From NCBI GenBank assembly GCA_003693705.1, contig RBZT01000990.1:1-57632 (forward strand): a DNA stretch of 57,632 nt. The letters are read 5' to 3'. Below, in pieces: positions 1 to 13,982 of this stretch (positions are counted from its first letter, which is position 1; each line of letters opens with the position of its first letter). Below the pieces are notes generated by a model, which was not told the DNA's origin, ran no database searches, and worked only from the letters and a program-made list of their open reading frames with translations. Both the position numbers and the translations under genes were made by a program. Origin of the DNA: Polymyxa betae A26-41. Lineage: Eukaryota; Protista; Endomyxa: Phytomyxea.

Positions 1-139
1 CGGAGACGAGATGAGAAACGTATGAATTTTGGAGTTGATCGGAATGGTTGCGTGGAGGCCGCTCCTCGCCATTCATAGTAGGGAGACGAGGGGACCCGCG
101 CAGTCCGTGACAGTTAGGGCTCTTCCCCTATAGGAATCG

Positions 140-1654
140 TCAGCAGGGGCGCAGCCCTCTGCGCAGCCCCTCAGGAAGGGCCAGTACGACTGCCTGGTGG
201 TCGGCTGGGCGGCTGCGAGTACTGTCATGCTCAATGGGCATGACATTGTTCTTGGCTATCTCCAGCAACGTAAGTGAATCCTTCTTGTATCTTAGACTGA
301 CGTCATCAGATTTATGTCTTGCGGACGCCATCAGTTCCAAATCACTGGCTCCACACCAAGACGCTAGTAGGTATGCAGTTTTTCGTAATGAATGTGTACC
401 CCAGGGTCCATGGCGGCCAGTCACTTTAAGAAATAACTTCTTCAAACGAAAATTGAAAGTGGAATATGGGATCGGAATGTCGCGGTTGTTTAAATCAGGA
501 AGTAACAACTGACCTTCTTTAATTCCAGCTAGATGAACATACGCGAGAAGGTGGCGGGCGTAGAAGGCACAGTTCAGGAATATCGTCATCTCTCCAAATG
601 CATAATCTGACTGGTTCTTTGTCCGATTTTCCTTTCACACGAACAGCTACCATAGATGCCACGCCTTCAATGTCAAAAGTAGTCAATCCTCGTATGAATC
701 GGCCCTCGCCGATCCCAAATTCGGCTGCTTCTCAGTCTCGTAGGAAGAGCTTAATGTCAAATAGAATATGCACATATTCTTGCCACCCATCTAATGTATT
801 TTCTGACAATAAATGCTATCGCAATCTCATCAGCTCATCAGGAGACAACGGGGAGTCTCCTTGAGCGCGGTACCCTTCACGATCTGCTCGCCCCTGTTTT
901 ACACAGTCCACAACCTGTAAAGACAGGCAGACATTACCTTGCGTGAAGAGACGAGGCTTTCCAAGATGATGAAGGCAACCTATCTTCTCATCACGTCGGA
1001 AAGAATCCCAACAGTTACTGCATGGTTCTTCATACGCTCCGGTTTGATTGCGCTGCTGGTGAAGGTATGCAATTGCGGAGCAGAACTGGGTTAAATTAAT
1101 AGGAGCTTTCCAGGAGCAGCTTGCTAGGATCTCACAGTTAGTAAAACAATTTAAAAGGCGGTTACCGGATCGTGATGTTATGGGCTCTCCTTCAGGTTCT
1201 TTTTTCCATTTGATGAATGAGCAAATGGATCCGCACTAATTGAAGGGCAGAATCCTTCTGGTGCATCCTCGGATAGCATTATTAACGATTGCCAATCACC
1301 TATAATAATTAAAAAATCTTGAAGCGATTTGAAATGACACGAGTATTGGGCTTTGCTCAGATCTTTAAGAACGCGACTGGCAGTCAACGAGCGCCGCCCT
1401 TCATGCACCAATTGCATGATTTGCAGCAATTTTTCGACTTCTTCTTGGGCTTTCTCCTGCATGGCCTCGGTAATCACAAGTCTGGTAGCGCGACCTCGCT
1501 TGCGAAGCATTGATTCCGTTTTGAACGGCATGTCAATTTCGCGCCTACGAGACACAGACGCGGGCGCAGCCTCCTGCGTGGCATCCCCACGCACTCTCGG
1601 GATTGCGGTGGTGGAACTGGTGGAACGTGGTGGAAAGGTGGTGGAACCTATCAT
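140..1654 (-). pseudogene. Decayed tyrosine recombinase (Crypton-like YR transposase)
   Basis: Joining frames across frameshifts (~1228, ~560) and stops (TAG 816-818, TGA 732-734) gives the YR catalytic set in order: LFLR, VKGKSD, ELC..RHLL, THSLRKT, SARHK, LRYKK, plus an N-terminal EPCSNC...GCLHH Cys/His cluster. No introns needed. Confidence 0.8.
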
Positions 1655-1764
1655 TTTTGCCGTATACTTTTCGCGTTGACGAGATTGTTGAAAATAATCA
1701 ATAGTATTGTCCTATTTAGGAGAAACATACATATAGTCAAAGTGTAGGACCTGATTAGGACGTA

Positions 1765-2215
1765 CTCCATGACAAGCTAATAAATCGCCAGGGCCCAATC
1801 TTTAGTCGGACCGACCTCCGTTCCGATCGCCGAACACACGCTGTTTTGTCAAGTGCGGATTTTGCTGATCCATGCCAGTTAGAGACCAAAAGATATTTCC
1901 GTAAGCACTGCAGTTATAGTTTCAAGGATTTGATGCGAACTCTTCCTGAAGCTCCCCTCTCAGTCCCACTGGCAACCATGAAGCGGTTTCCACGAAAGAG
2001 CTTCCGCTACATGGATTCCTATTGCGAGAAGAACGGGCAGTTTCTCTCTATAAAGCAGGTTGAGCACGTCGTGCGAAAGTACCGCGGCCATCGAACCATT
2101 TTTGCATCCATTTAGGCAGAATTATGAAAAATTTCAATAAAATTGCGGACTTTTACGAAAAACTGCTTACGGACTTTTTGAATGTAAAATTGGACTTTAT
2201 GGACTAATTGTGGAG
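1765..2215 (+). mobile_element. Internally deleted IS630-Tc1-mariner-type DNA transposon retaining the transposase C-terminus (ORF 1846-2115)
   Basis: KRYFRKHCSYSFKDLMRTLPEAPLSVPLATMKRFPRKSFRYMDSY...VRKYRGHRTI resembles the C-terminus of eukaryotic DDE_3/ITm transposases. TA flanks both sides, with degenerate TIRs CTCCATGACAAGCTAATAAA / rc CTCCACAATTAGTCCATAAA (13 of 20 identical). Confidence 0.55.
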
Positions 2216-2217
2216 TA

Positions 2218-2442
2218 CCGTAGATACTCTGATAGCCGATATTCAATAGTCCGATTTGGCAGAAGCAATATTCTGATATCCTATGCCCCTGACGAGAAAA
2301 ATCTAGGGTTCTGCTGCTGGCAGCCAGTCGCGCACATTTATTTCCTCCGTCGCGCACTTTTTGTTGAGGTACAGATACCGATATTTTGATAACTGATACC
2401 CAGAGCAGTCCACCGACGATATCGAATATCAGAATATCTACG
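2218..2442. mobile_element. pogo-like MITE
   Basis: Starts after TA with CCGTAGATACTCTGATAGCCGATAT and ends with the imperfect inverted copy ATATCGAATATCAGAATATCTACG. Internal ATAACTGATA...GTCCACCGAC is shared with the pogo end at 57118-57260. Confidence 0.65.
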
Positions 2443-2925
2443 CGACCGTAGTTTTCAACGGAGGAAATACAGAAGTTGCGATCTAACAAATATAATCATT
2501 TCGCCATGCAATGTTTAGTGATTGTCCATAGAGCATTCACAGATCCTGCTGTCTATATGGCATGCTCCAACGTATTGCTCTTCTTGTTCAATCGTTTCAT
2601 TTGCTCAATTACTTATTCTGTAATAGTGCTGGCATAAGCTGCCAGACAATAACTTGATTTGTAATCATTGTGGATGTAAGCCCAGAATACCACTACCTAG
2701 ATATCGCATACGACTTCTGGTGTCAGAAGTTATGAAAATGTCATCACCCAGAGTTGTTACTGTTTTTGGATCTCTATCTCATATATCTCTATCTCCACAA
2801 TCATCAGACTTTTTGGGTCGCACCTTCCAGGTTAACCCTTTTACTTTTGCATCTACTTTGCTGCATCACTGATCTGCGGCTCTAGGCTACTTTCCGCCGT
2901 TCTAAGTACAAGTCGTTAGCAGAAA

Positions 2926-3329
2926 TGCAAGATCCAATAGTAGCAAGCCAATTTATTCCAGTAGATGATACTGAACCATTAACTTCAAGTATATCGCGAT
3001 CGAATACCGATCATGGGATAGATACTAGTTGGATATTGACTCCAGTACGACCACATACCCGACCAATAATAGGTCGGATACTGGATTATGTTTACTGACA
3101 TGTTTCAATGGAAGTTTGTATAGAAGATGCACAGACACCAGATGTATTAACTCCACCTCGACTGATTCTGTTTAGCCCAGAATCAGCCACCGACCCGGAA
3201 CTTGATGCTTTCTTAGACGAGGAATTTTACAGCGACTTGTTCTCTCCTGGTTTTGAATCTGGATTTCGTTCTGAGAAAATTTCTGACCCTGGTCTCGACT
3301 TTATCTGCAAAAATCTTCAGTTTCTATAA
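2926..3329 (+). CDS. Small acidic hypothetical protein with TP/SP motifs (two exons)
   Basis: ATG 2926 ORF joins ORF 3108-3329 in frame through a plausible GT..TAG intron (~3073-3123). No recognisable domain. Confidence 0.35.
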
Positions 3330-4555
3330 CAAAACCTGGTTGCTGTGTCAGGTTTCCTTATGCCTGGCTATTTCTATGAAGAATAGGCTCATGTTAAAAC
3401 ATGAATAATTTATATATATACTGAAATGAATATTCGTTTGGTGTTACTACGCCAGTTTTAACTATCGACGCTTACCAATTGTGGCATGAACGTGACATGA
3501 ACGTGAACTTTTTCAAGATTATTTCGCTAATTTTTAAATGCGCATCAGTTCATATTTCAACTCTTTGCTTTCCATGCACTTCATGAGCGTTTTTGGCGAC
3601 AAATACGAATGAATTCTCGAACTCGTTTACAAACATTTAACGATTGGGTACGACTCTCCTGTTCACTGCTTCGATTATTTGAGCGAGCCCTATCATCATT
3701 AACCAGAAGTTAAGAGCTCTCAAGTATATCGTCGTATATAGAAATATAGAGAGTAGTTCATACAATTAACTCCATTTGCAATCCATCTGCTTGACAGTAA
3801 ATTGTGCGAAGAAGGGACCAGAAGAGTTCAAATTGGAGATCATGGCTATTTCGAGTCTCAATAGTCATGAAGGTGAACTTGTTGCTCAGTCCATCTGAAC
3901 TTATCACCATGTAATGGGAATACATCCAATACTGACAAGCAAAAAAAACACTAAATTATAAAAGTGTAAACAGCATTTGAACTTCTAAGATCAGTTGGAT
4001 CAATTGCAGTTGACGCCTAATCGTTCCATCTACGAAAACGTTTTAAGGTAGTATGGTATATGACCCGTGAACGAATATGTGTCTGCAATATATGGACGTG
4101 AATGTTACCGAATCGGTTCAGACCTTACAAACCACTAGATCTCCTGCATCGTGATTCGTGAATATTTGAAATCGCCACGATGAGTGTCAATTAACTTTAG
4201 AGTTTGTCATTGTTTAGATTAATCGCAGTAATTAATCGTTAATCGGCAACTCCATCCTGCCTTCATCAAAGGTAGATCATTACCTCATTGGATTGGATAT
4301 GTATTTCGTTCTCCTCTAAGTGAATTTGTACCTACAACGTGAATAATATTGTACTAGAGAGCTGGATTGTAAATTGCGAACAAATATGTGACATCACTAG
4401 CAAGCATTGATTATATATCTGATATGAATATAGTGACGCATAAATAAGAAGGAGTACAGAGTGTTCTAAGTAACATCACTAGTTAAGGCTGAAGAGTATT
4501 AATTTGATTTGAATAGCAAGCCGTCTTATTCGTCCTGCACTGTTTGATCAACGTC

Positions 4556-7201
4556 ATGACCATCCAGCAACAAATTGGCGTCCTCTTCAAGGTCGCCGGC
4601 CCTTGTATAACCTTAGCAGTTGCTGGTAGTTGAAGTTGCTGATCGTTTGGTAGTGGTCGTTGCTGAACGAATGTCTGGAAGCGCTATGTACGAGCTTGTC
4701 AGAGTTGGTAAAGATCGGCTAGTCGGGGAAATTATTCGATTAGAATCCGATACTGCTTATATCCAATGCTATGAGGAAACCTGTACGTTTTTTTTTAGCG
4801 ATCAGCAGTTTTTTTAATTGTCTAAGGGTAGCTGGCTTAACTGTTGGTGATCCAGTTGAAAGAACAGGGCAGCCTTTATCTGTAGAACTTGGGCCTGGTA
4901 TTATGGATAATATTTTCGGTATGCGAATCTAATTCACTTATTCACTTCTCTCATGCACTTTTAGACGGGATTCAGCGACCTCTGCGGGTAGTAGTTTAAA
5001 TTCAGCAGACGTATTATGACATTTCAGTTAGGCAATTGCATCCAAAAGTGGTAGCTGTTATATTCCTCGAGGAGTTAGTGTCAATGCTTTGGATCATAGC
5101 AAGAAATGGCTGTTTGAGCCAACTGGTTGTAAAGTTGGTGATATTCTTGCTGGTGGAGATATCTATGGAACTGTCAAGGTATCGTCTTTCCACTTTAATA
5201 TTTTCAGTGGGTTTATTGCATGTTTTATAGGAGAATGATCTCATAACTCAATCTATCATGGTTCCTCCCCGTGAAACTGGTCGGGTTAAATTCATTGCTT
5301 CTCAAGGAGAATATACTCTTGATGATACTGTGCTAGTTCTTACTGACCCTATTACAAGTATTCTCACCATATCTAATGACATTTTATCTGAGAGTCAATG
5401 TAGACGCTGATAAATCATTTGGAATGTCACATTTCTGGCCTGTTAGGGAGCCACGACCTGTTAAGGAGAAGTTAATGGCTGAGATTCCACTGGTTACTGG
5501 GCAGCGGGTTCTGGATTCATTATTCCCAAGTGTTCTTGGGGGGACCTGTGCTATTCCAGGTATTTCTTATTAGCGCTTGCTGCTCCTAATTTTCAATTTT
5601 TTTTGTTAAGGAGCTTTTGGCTGCGGAAAGACAGTCATTTCTCAAGGTAGCTGATTTATTCACAATCTCTTTCCCTTCAATGTTATCTTCAGCTCTATCG
5701 AAGTTCTCTAACTGCAATGCCATTATTTATGTTGGATGTGGAGAGCGAGGAAACGAAATGGCTGAAGTTCTTCAGGTCAATTTGTTGAATTGGAACGTTT
5801 CTTCTATCTTTTACCGTGTTTTTTGCAGGAATTCCCGGAATTAACCACAACAATTGAAGGCAAAGAATACCCAATTATGCAGCGAACCTGTTTAGTTGCT
5901 AATACCAGTAATATGCCAGTCGCTGCTCGAGAGGCTTCTATCTATACGGGTTGGAAAGTGCTACCATGTTGTCTGTTTCGTCATGATTCGCATTGTATAG
6001 GAATTACGTTAGCTGAATACTTCCGAGATATGGGAATAGACGTTGCCATGATGGGGGATAGCACATCTCGCTGGGCTGAGGCTCTTCGCGAAATCTCAGG
6101 TCGCCTTGGAGAGATGCCAGCTGACAGGTCAATATCATGCTGTTGGTCTGATTCTCACTAAGCAATTCGTAGTGGCTATCCAGCATATCTGAGTGCCCGT
6201 TTAGCTTCATTCTATGAACGTGCTGGAAGGTTTTTTTTTATCAAACAACTGTCTAAATGTTTTAGTTACTGTCTAAAAGGGTTGATTGTCGTGGTTCTCC
6301 AGCTCGTATTGGTTCGGTCACAATAGTTGGTGCCGTATCACCTCCTGGTGGTGATTTCTCTGATCCAGTCACATCCGCAACACTTTCAATCGTTCAGGTA
6401 AAAATGTTGCTTGAATGTGTTTACTGTTTAAAATCTCCAAGGTATTCTGGGGTCTCGATAAGAAGCTAGCACAAAGGAAACACTTCCCTTCTGTGAACTG
6501 GCTATTGTCGTATTCAAAGTACATGGGAGCTCTGAAGAAGTTGGAGTTTACTGTATCATTAAAATTCTATCTAATCTTTCCACTAGATTTTATTCTGTTA
6601 ACGATCCAAAATTTATCGAGGATGTCGCAGTATTCCGCCAAATATTACAAGACGAAAATGATCTTCAAGAAGTCGTTCAGCTTGTTGGGAAGGGTAACAA
6701 CGTATTTGTACAGTGAAGCCATTTTAGGGGTTGACTTTTTTCTAGACTCGTTATCAGAAGATCAGCGTCTTGCATTAGAAGTCGCCAAGATAATTCGTGA
6801 AGACTTTCTACAGCAGAATGGTTTCTCCACGTATGATCGTTACTGTCCCATCTATAAGACTGCCAAAATGTTACGAAATATTGTGACTTTCTACCAGTTG
6901 GCTTTTAAAGCAATTGAATGTTCTGGCCCGGAATCTAGCAAGGTCTGCTTCTAAGAAACGTATTGTGCTCTATGTTAAATCTATATTGAGGTTACCTGGA
7001 GCAGAATCAGATTGGCTCTTGATAAAGAGTATGTTGGTTTGACGGAAATGAAATTCATCGAACCCAGCGAAGGCAAACAAGTATCGTCTATAGTTATGTT
7101 CTGTAATGTTTTTTTAATTGCAATGGTAGGCGAACGACCATGTCCTTGATAAACTCAATGAAGATATCGTTCAAGCATTCCAAGAGCTTCGGACTGAGTA
7201 A
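4556..7201 (+). CDS. VMA1: V-type H+-ATPase catalytic subunit A (multi-exon)
   Basis: Spliced product contains [22 protein letters not shown]-loop [59 protein letters not shown] and [16 protein letters not shown]. Canonical GT-AG introns. Confidence 0.97.
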
Positions 7202-7275
7202 ACTGACAAGAATTCGTTTCTCATGTTGGTAAATACAAACATAGAAACGTACAGCATTTCTGCATTTGTGTTCTT

Positions 7276-8370
7276 TTACGCAAGTGCTTTTGGTTTGAAG
7301 AAGCGTTTGATACTCTGCTGCTTCTCGACACGATTAGGTGACGGTTTGATTGGGGATCTGCTTCGTTTGACTCCCTTCTCCAGTTTTATCTTCTTGGATT
7401 TCTTGTCGCTTTCAGTATCGTCATATGGGATTCTGTCCGAATCGGATGATTCGGGTACAACTTCAAGCGACGGCCCCGATTTAACTTTTTTAACGGTCTT
7501 GTCCTCTGTGGTGCCTTGTAATGCTGCGCGCTTTCGATCTGGGGTTTTTATTCCTTGGTCGGCAGACTTTAGTTTCGGTTGCATATATGAAGCAATGCGT
7601 GATTGCGACGGTTCGGCTGATGGTTTAATGCACGATTCGTCAATACCTTTTAATGGATTCACTGGCCAAAACTCGAGCTCTCCCTAATAACATTTGTCAC
7701 CTTGCATCTTGCTTTTCAAAGCCTGAAAAACCTGGAACGGATGCAACAGCTCTTTGCAGTCCAGAAATGAATATGTGTCAACATCGAGCCATTTCTCAAG
7801 CCCTTCGTCTGTTAATACTACAGGCATACGGTCATGAATCCTGCAACAGTCAGATTAGAATCTCAATCAAATTGCAGACTAACTTGCTGATTTCAGGTGC
7901 AGCATTACATGTAATAATGACAAAATGACCAGCATCAGTATAAAGGCATGCCAAATTAGTGAGTTGCTGATCTTTTATCTTAATAATATGCGGACGTTTA
8001 TCAGGTGACCATTCGTAGAATCCAATTGTTGGCATCACACATCGATGATGGTCAACTAATGATCGAAACATTGGTTTATGGTTCATTCCTTCACAGCGAG
8101 CATTAATCACATGCTTTGATGAATTTGGGATTGAAATCCCCCAGTTTAATAGCACCAGCTCAGTCTGACCCTAACAATACGCCATCATATTCAATTTAAA
8201 GCTTAAATGGTGCCAGAGACCTGAGATCTTCTAATAATAGGTGTGGCGGCCGATGGGCGAATATTGTAATTAGGTTGATACTGCTGCTGTTGTGGCTGAG
8301 ACAAAGGTCTGGTTGAGAACAGAGCTGCAAGTTGCTGTTCTGATAGACCTAATGCTGCTCTTCCACACAT
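7276..8370 (-). CDS. HMCES: SRAP-domain abasic-site processing protein (HMCES/YedK family)
   Basis: N-terminal MCGR, YNIRPS, WG, INARCE, RCVMPTIGFYEW, IHDRMPV; C-terminal PIP-like QQSIKRFF; three short introns. Confidence 0.92.
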
Positions 8371-9355
8371 GAAAAAAATAATTTGAACTCCGCCTAATGT
8401 CAGGTTTCCTTGCTGATTGAAAATCAATTATTCAAACAGCCGAGCCTACAAGGATTCTAGCTAATGGATATTTAAAAATATCTATCTGGTCTGCTCTACG
8501 ATTGGTCATTGTTACATAGCCGATTCCATTGGATATACTATGTATTTGTGACTAAGCCGAGCATGCTAACCAGTACAATGCTTTACCGTATTGTATAAGC
8601 GGATGTATAATGCTTGTAATGCACGTGCTTGATCGCATAGGCATTGATGAATGGTCAATATACTTGCTATGGATCACCTTTACTGTAAACTATCAATTGC
8701 CTACAGTAGATAGATTTTTGGTTCAGCGAGAAATCTTAAAAGTTGTTTTTGGAAGTGTTTCCAGTTTAATCGAAGTCAATGATGTGTATTCGTTCCGATT
8801 TTCAAAGAGGACAATGTCAGTTACGTTTGATTTGAGTACTGGCTGTAGGAGTAGGGGATTTGGGAAATGGTCAAATGTGAATGTTTGCTGACCAATTGCA
8901 TGGTCTATTTACCTTATGTATTATATACTGTCTATAGGTTATACCTGGAGGTGATGAGCAGTAAGCGCAGCCTGATATTAAGATATTGCTATTGCAAGAG
9001 ATTATTTCTAATTTACGTATTACTCTGTCTTTCTAAGATCACATTGCATTGCTTTATATTCTTTCAGACAGAGCAAAGGCGTCCTGCACTGCATAAACAA
9101 AACCAGCACGTACTACTACCGATTTCAGATTCTCTCCCTATTCTACTTATAGTCTCGTGTAGATATACATACTATATCACCTTCATAATCCATCATACAA
9201 ATATATCAATATTACTTCAGCATTAACCGATTCGATCCCATACAAGCCATTCTGTATTACCCTGAAATGTGAATATCGATCAATGCAGAATATGCCATTG
9301 GTTAATGTGCTCATAGCAGGACTGCCCTTACAACTGCCTGATCTTATAATCAAGA

Positions 9356-10880
9356 ATGACAGCACGAGTTTGTATGACCTTGCAACAGATTGCTGGTAAT
9401 ATTTGTATCAAAGATGCTATATCTAGCTCATTGATATCATAGAATTGCCTGATAACTCAGAATGTGCAGATTGTAGAGCGCCTAACCCAAACTGGTACCT
9501 TTCTGATGATATTCAATCATTTATCTATTAAACTAAACCGTTGATAGGACCTCCATCAATCTGGGCACATTGTAGGTGGATTTGTCAATTCCTAGTAACA
9601 ATTTATGAATATGGTTGATCAGCATATGCATCAACTGTGCTGGAATCCATCGTAATCTTGGTGTTCATATCAGCAAAGTTCGATCTATCAATCTAGATAC
9701 ATCATGTTGGGATCCACAATTAATTGATTTCATGCTTTTAATGGGTAATAAGAAATCACGTGATATCTATGAGAAATATGTACCTAATTGGTACATGAGA
9801 CCTCTTCATCCATTAGCCTCAGATGTTGTAAGTTTCTCTATGTCTCTCTATATGCCAATAATCATATATCAGATTCGAGATAATTGGATTCGAGCCAAAT
9901 ATTACCGGAAAGAATTTCAGGAATGCTGGATTCCGAATAAAATCTCACAGCATCTAGTTTCAGGCTATCTTACCAAACAGAGTATTTATTGTATCAAGAA
10001 TGTCTGCTTTATTGCTCTGACTTTCCGTTTATAGGTGCCGTTCACACAAATCGAAATCATTCTCGTTATTTTGTTCTGTTTGGTTCTTATCTAATATATT
10101 TCAAGAAAGCATCATCGTCGTTCCCTTCTGGAGAGATCGATCTATCAAGCAATGTTGAAATCGTCGTTCCTGGTCGATATTCGTAAGAGATGCCCTGTTA
10201 TCGATTCTTTTTAATTCAGTAGGGTTGCAGACCTGATCATTTCGAAGATGTTCGAGGTCGACATCATTTCAATCTGCTGTTGCAAGTAATTACACCTGAA
10301 CGAACATACAGTTTGATAGCACCCGATGCTAAATCTTTGTTACTATGGGCTCATAGCCTAAATCAAGCTACATTCATGGATACTGCTGGAGCTATACAAA
10401 CTTCATTTGTGGTTGGTAAACTGCGATAAAGTAAAGTTGATCATTTCTTAAGTTGTGCAGCCAGCTGCATTTGTCGAGCTGAACTTCTTGCCCAATACTG
10501 TATTACACACTGGAATTTTGAGCAAACAAGGAGGTCTAGTAACAATTGCAATGGCATAACACATATGTTGAACATAACGACTTGTAGGGAAGCGAGAAAA
10601 TTGGAGAAGACGCTACTTCGTCTTATGCTCTGAGATACAGCCTCGTCTGCTGTATTTTAAAGGGCGACCTGAATCCTCGACGTCTGCGGATGGAGGAGTT
10701 CGGCTGTCAGGCGCGTTTTTATCTCAAGAATCTGTTTCGGGTCGTGACCACACGTTCTCTATCATTACTCGAACTCGGCGATACTTTTTTGAAGCATCCA
10801 ATCACAAGGATCGTGATGACTGGATGAAAGCCATTCAGTATGCGATCTCATATCATGACAGAAGCGAAAAAATCAGTTAA
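9356..10880 (+). CDS. ArfGAP with two PH domains (centaurin-alpha/ADAP-like)
   Basis: NSECADCRAPNPNW, CINCAGIHRNLGVHISKVRSINLD, WIRAKY; PH motifs GYLTKQ and GILSKQGGKRENWRRRYF...WMKAI. Confidence 0.9.
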
Positions 10881-10905
10881 CGAACAAATTAGTAATGCGG
10901 TTTGT

Positions 10906-12570
10906 TTAATCAATACCCATGGCTTTTAGGCTAAGATAATGTGTTTGTGATTCGGTGTTAGCTCGTCCGAATGTCCATTCAAAATACGGAATGGTTCTTA
11001 GAGACCAGCCTGATTTACGCAAAATGGACGATTTTAGCAAGCTTGAACCTCGAAGACGTGATGATAGACGACAATAATGTTGAGGTCCATTTACTTCAAA
11101 TACCTGGTTATTGCTTGGTCTAACTAAATCTAGCCAGTATCCAGTATTTGGACATTGTATTTCAGTTTGTATATCAGGCCAGATCTATATACTGAATGTT
11201 AGTTCATCATCAACATCTGATAGAATATTCATACTGATTTGGCAGCCAGCTTGACATTTTGCAAAAGATCAGAATTTGCATCAGTCGTAGGCAACGCAGA
11301 GAAAAATGCCCTTTTCGAGATCTCTTTTAGCTCAGCAAACGATTGGGCTTGCCTTAAATTATGTCCATGAAGATGTGCCCACAAGAAAGATTGATATATT
11401 TGAGATAGTTCAGTAGCAGGTAGTTCTGAAGGATTGTAAAACCAAGTCATTTAAATAAGCGAGAAGATAGATTACCTGATAAAAAGGACAACTGCTTCCA
11501 TAATAACGGCAAAGATTTGGGACGTCTGGCAACAGCTAATGACCAACACAAATTCGCTAACGATTGAGATGAAAAATGAGATAAGTCGCTACTATAATCC
11601 TACAGTTTAGATTGAGTTCAATTTGTATCAATCTACGCTACCTGTTCAAGCGATTTTCAATAATTGTGTACAGTTGTGATGGGCAGATAGCAGCGTGAGA
11701 TAAAGCTGAAACAATTTGTGTAAATCTTTGAGACTCCATATTTGGTATATGTTCTAACAGCCACTCGACCAGAACGGATTCTGTCCATTTCTAATATGCG
11801 ACATCATAAATCGGATAGAAAAAATCCAAAAATATAAAGTATACCTTTGGAAGCATGGCCACTCTGCTTAATGACCATATCAACTCAGTGCAACGTTCAA
11901 CAGCAAAAGATTGCTTAAGTTTGCATGCTTGGATCTTTTGTACACGCTCAATAACTGGACCAAATGCATTGTTGACCAAATTTGGATGTTTGATATGTAG
12001 TCCAGCACGAGCAAAAGCTCCAGATAATTTCGCAACTTGAGAAAGTGACAAATCAAGCTTATTAGCCCTGTGTACAATCTTCTCCCAGTCTTTACGTTGA
12101 AATGGTATTCTGGTCATAGAAATAGCACCACCAACTACAGCACCTGCTGAACAAGATTCGATATCATTAATGAATATACTAGCAAGCGTTTGACGAAAAT
12201 CTTCATTTTCTACAGAATTATCATGGAATGCATTTATGAATAGACGCGGCAACAAATTCGAAGACTGAAGAAATTTGGAAGCAGCTGTAGATGATATTGG
12301 AGCGCTGCAATTGATAATCCATCTATTAACTACAGATATAACGTCATTGGGAACTTCATCACGATATTGTGACAGTGCCTGACCTAAAAGATATTAATTT
12401 AAAATAATCTGTAAATGATACATCAAATTGAAATAATATACGAACATGTAGTAGCTATAGTTTCTTGTGTGAATGCTCTAGTGTCTAGAGTACGATCCTG
12501 ACATCTAATCAGGTTACATAAAGAAGATAATGATTTCTGACAATGTCGTAGCTGATTTAAATGCGACCAT
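10906..12570 (-). CDS. RAP-domain protein with helical repeats (FASTK/OPR-like); start approximate
   Basis: C-terminal GYWLDL...VFEVNGPQHY...LKSSILRKSGWSLRTIPYFEW is a RAP domain; upstream helical segments LIWSLSRV and FVLVISCCQ/VWSLA-type repeats. Confidence 0.8.
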
Positions 12571-12767
12571 TGCAGAGATGTCAATTGAAGTGTCATAATC
12601 TAATTACTTGAATATCAATAATATCAAGTATAGAAGGGAGAATGTTGCTGGACATTGAAGACGCAGTTTTAAATAAATTGATCATATTGGAAATACGTTT
12701 ACGAAGGAGATACTTCAAATGGAAAAGTAATGTGAGTCAATGACAACAATAATCAAAGGTAGAACAT

Positions 12768-13982
<1,215 letters not shown>

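Noticed and set aside
730-820. Stop-codon reassignment suggested by in-frame TAG/TGA in the YR gene
   Set aside because: The same gene has frameshifts, and conserved host genes splice without internal stops, so this is pseudogenisation.
1606-1648. GGTGGAA short tandem repeat
   Set aside because: Low-complexity Ser/Thr/Pro-coding repeat at the YR N-terminus; no evidence of a separate function.
5179-5230. U12-type intron (GTATCG donor)
   Set aside because: The donor does not match GTATCCTT and no clear U12 branch site is seen; treated as an ordinary U2 intron.
5720-5775. VMA1-type intein in V-ATPase A
   Set aside because: The insertion site [14 protein letters not shown] is uninterrupted.
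7223-7687. 154-aa plus-strand ORF
   Set aside because: Antisense shadow of the HMCES last exon. The same applies to ORFs opposite ALY/REF, SNRNP27 and the zinc-cluster gene.
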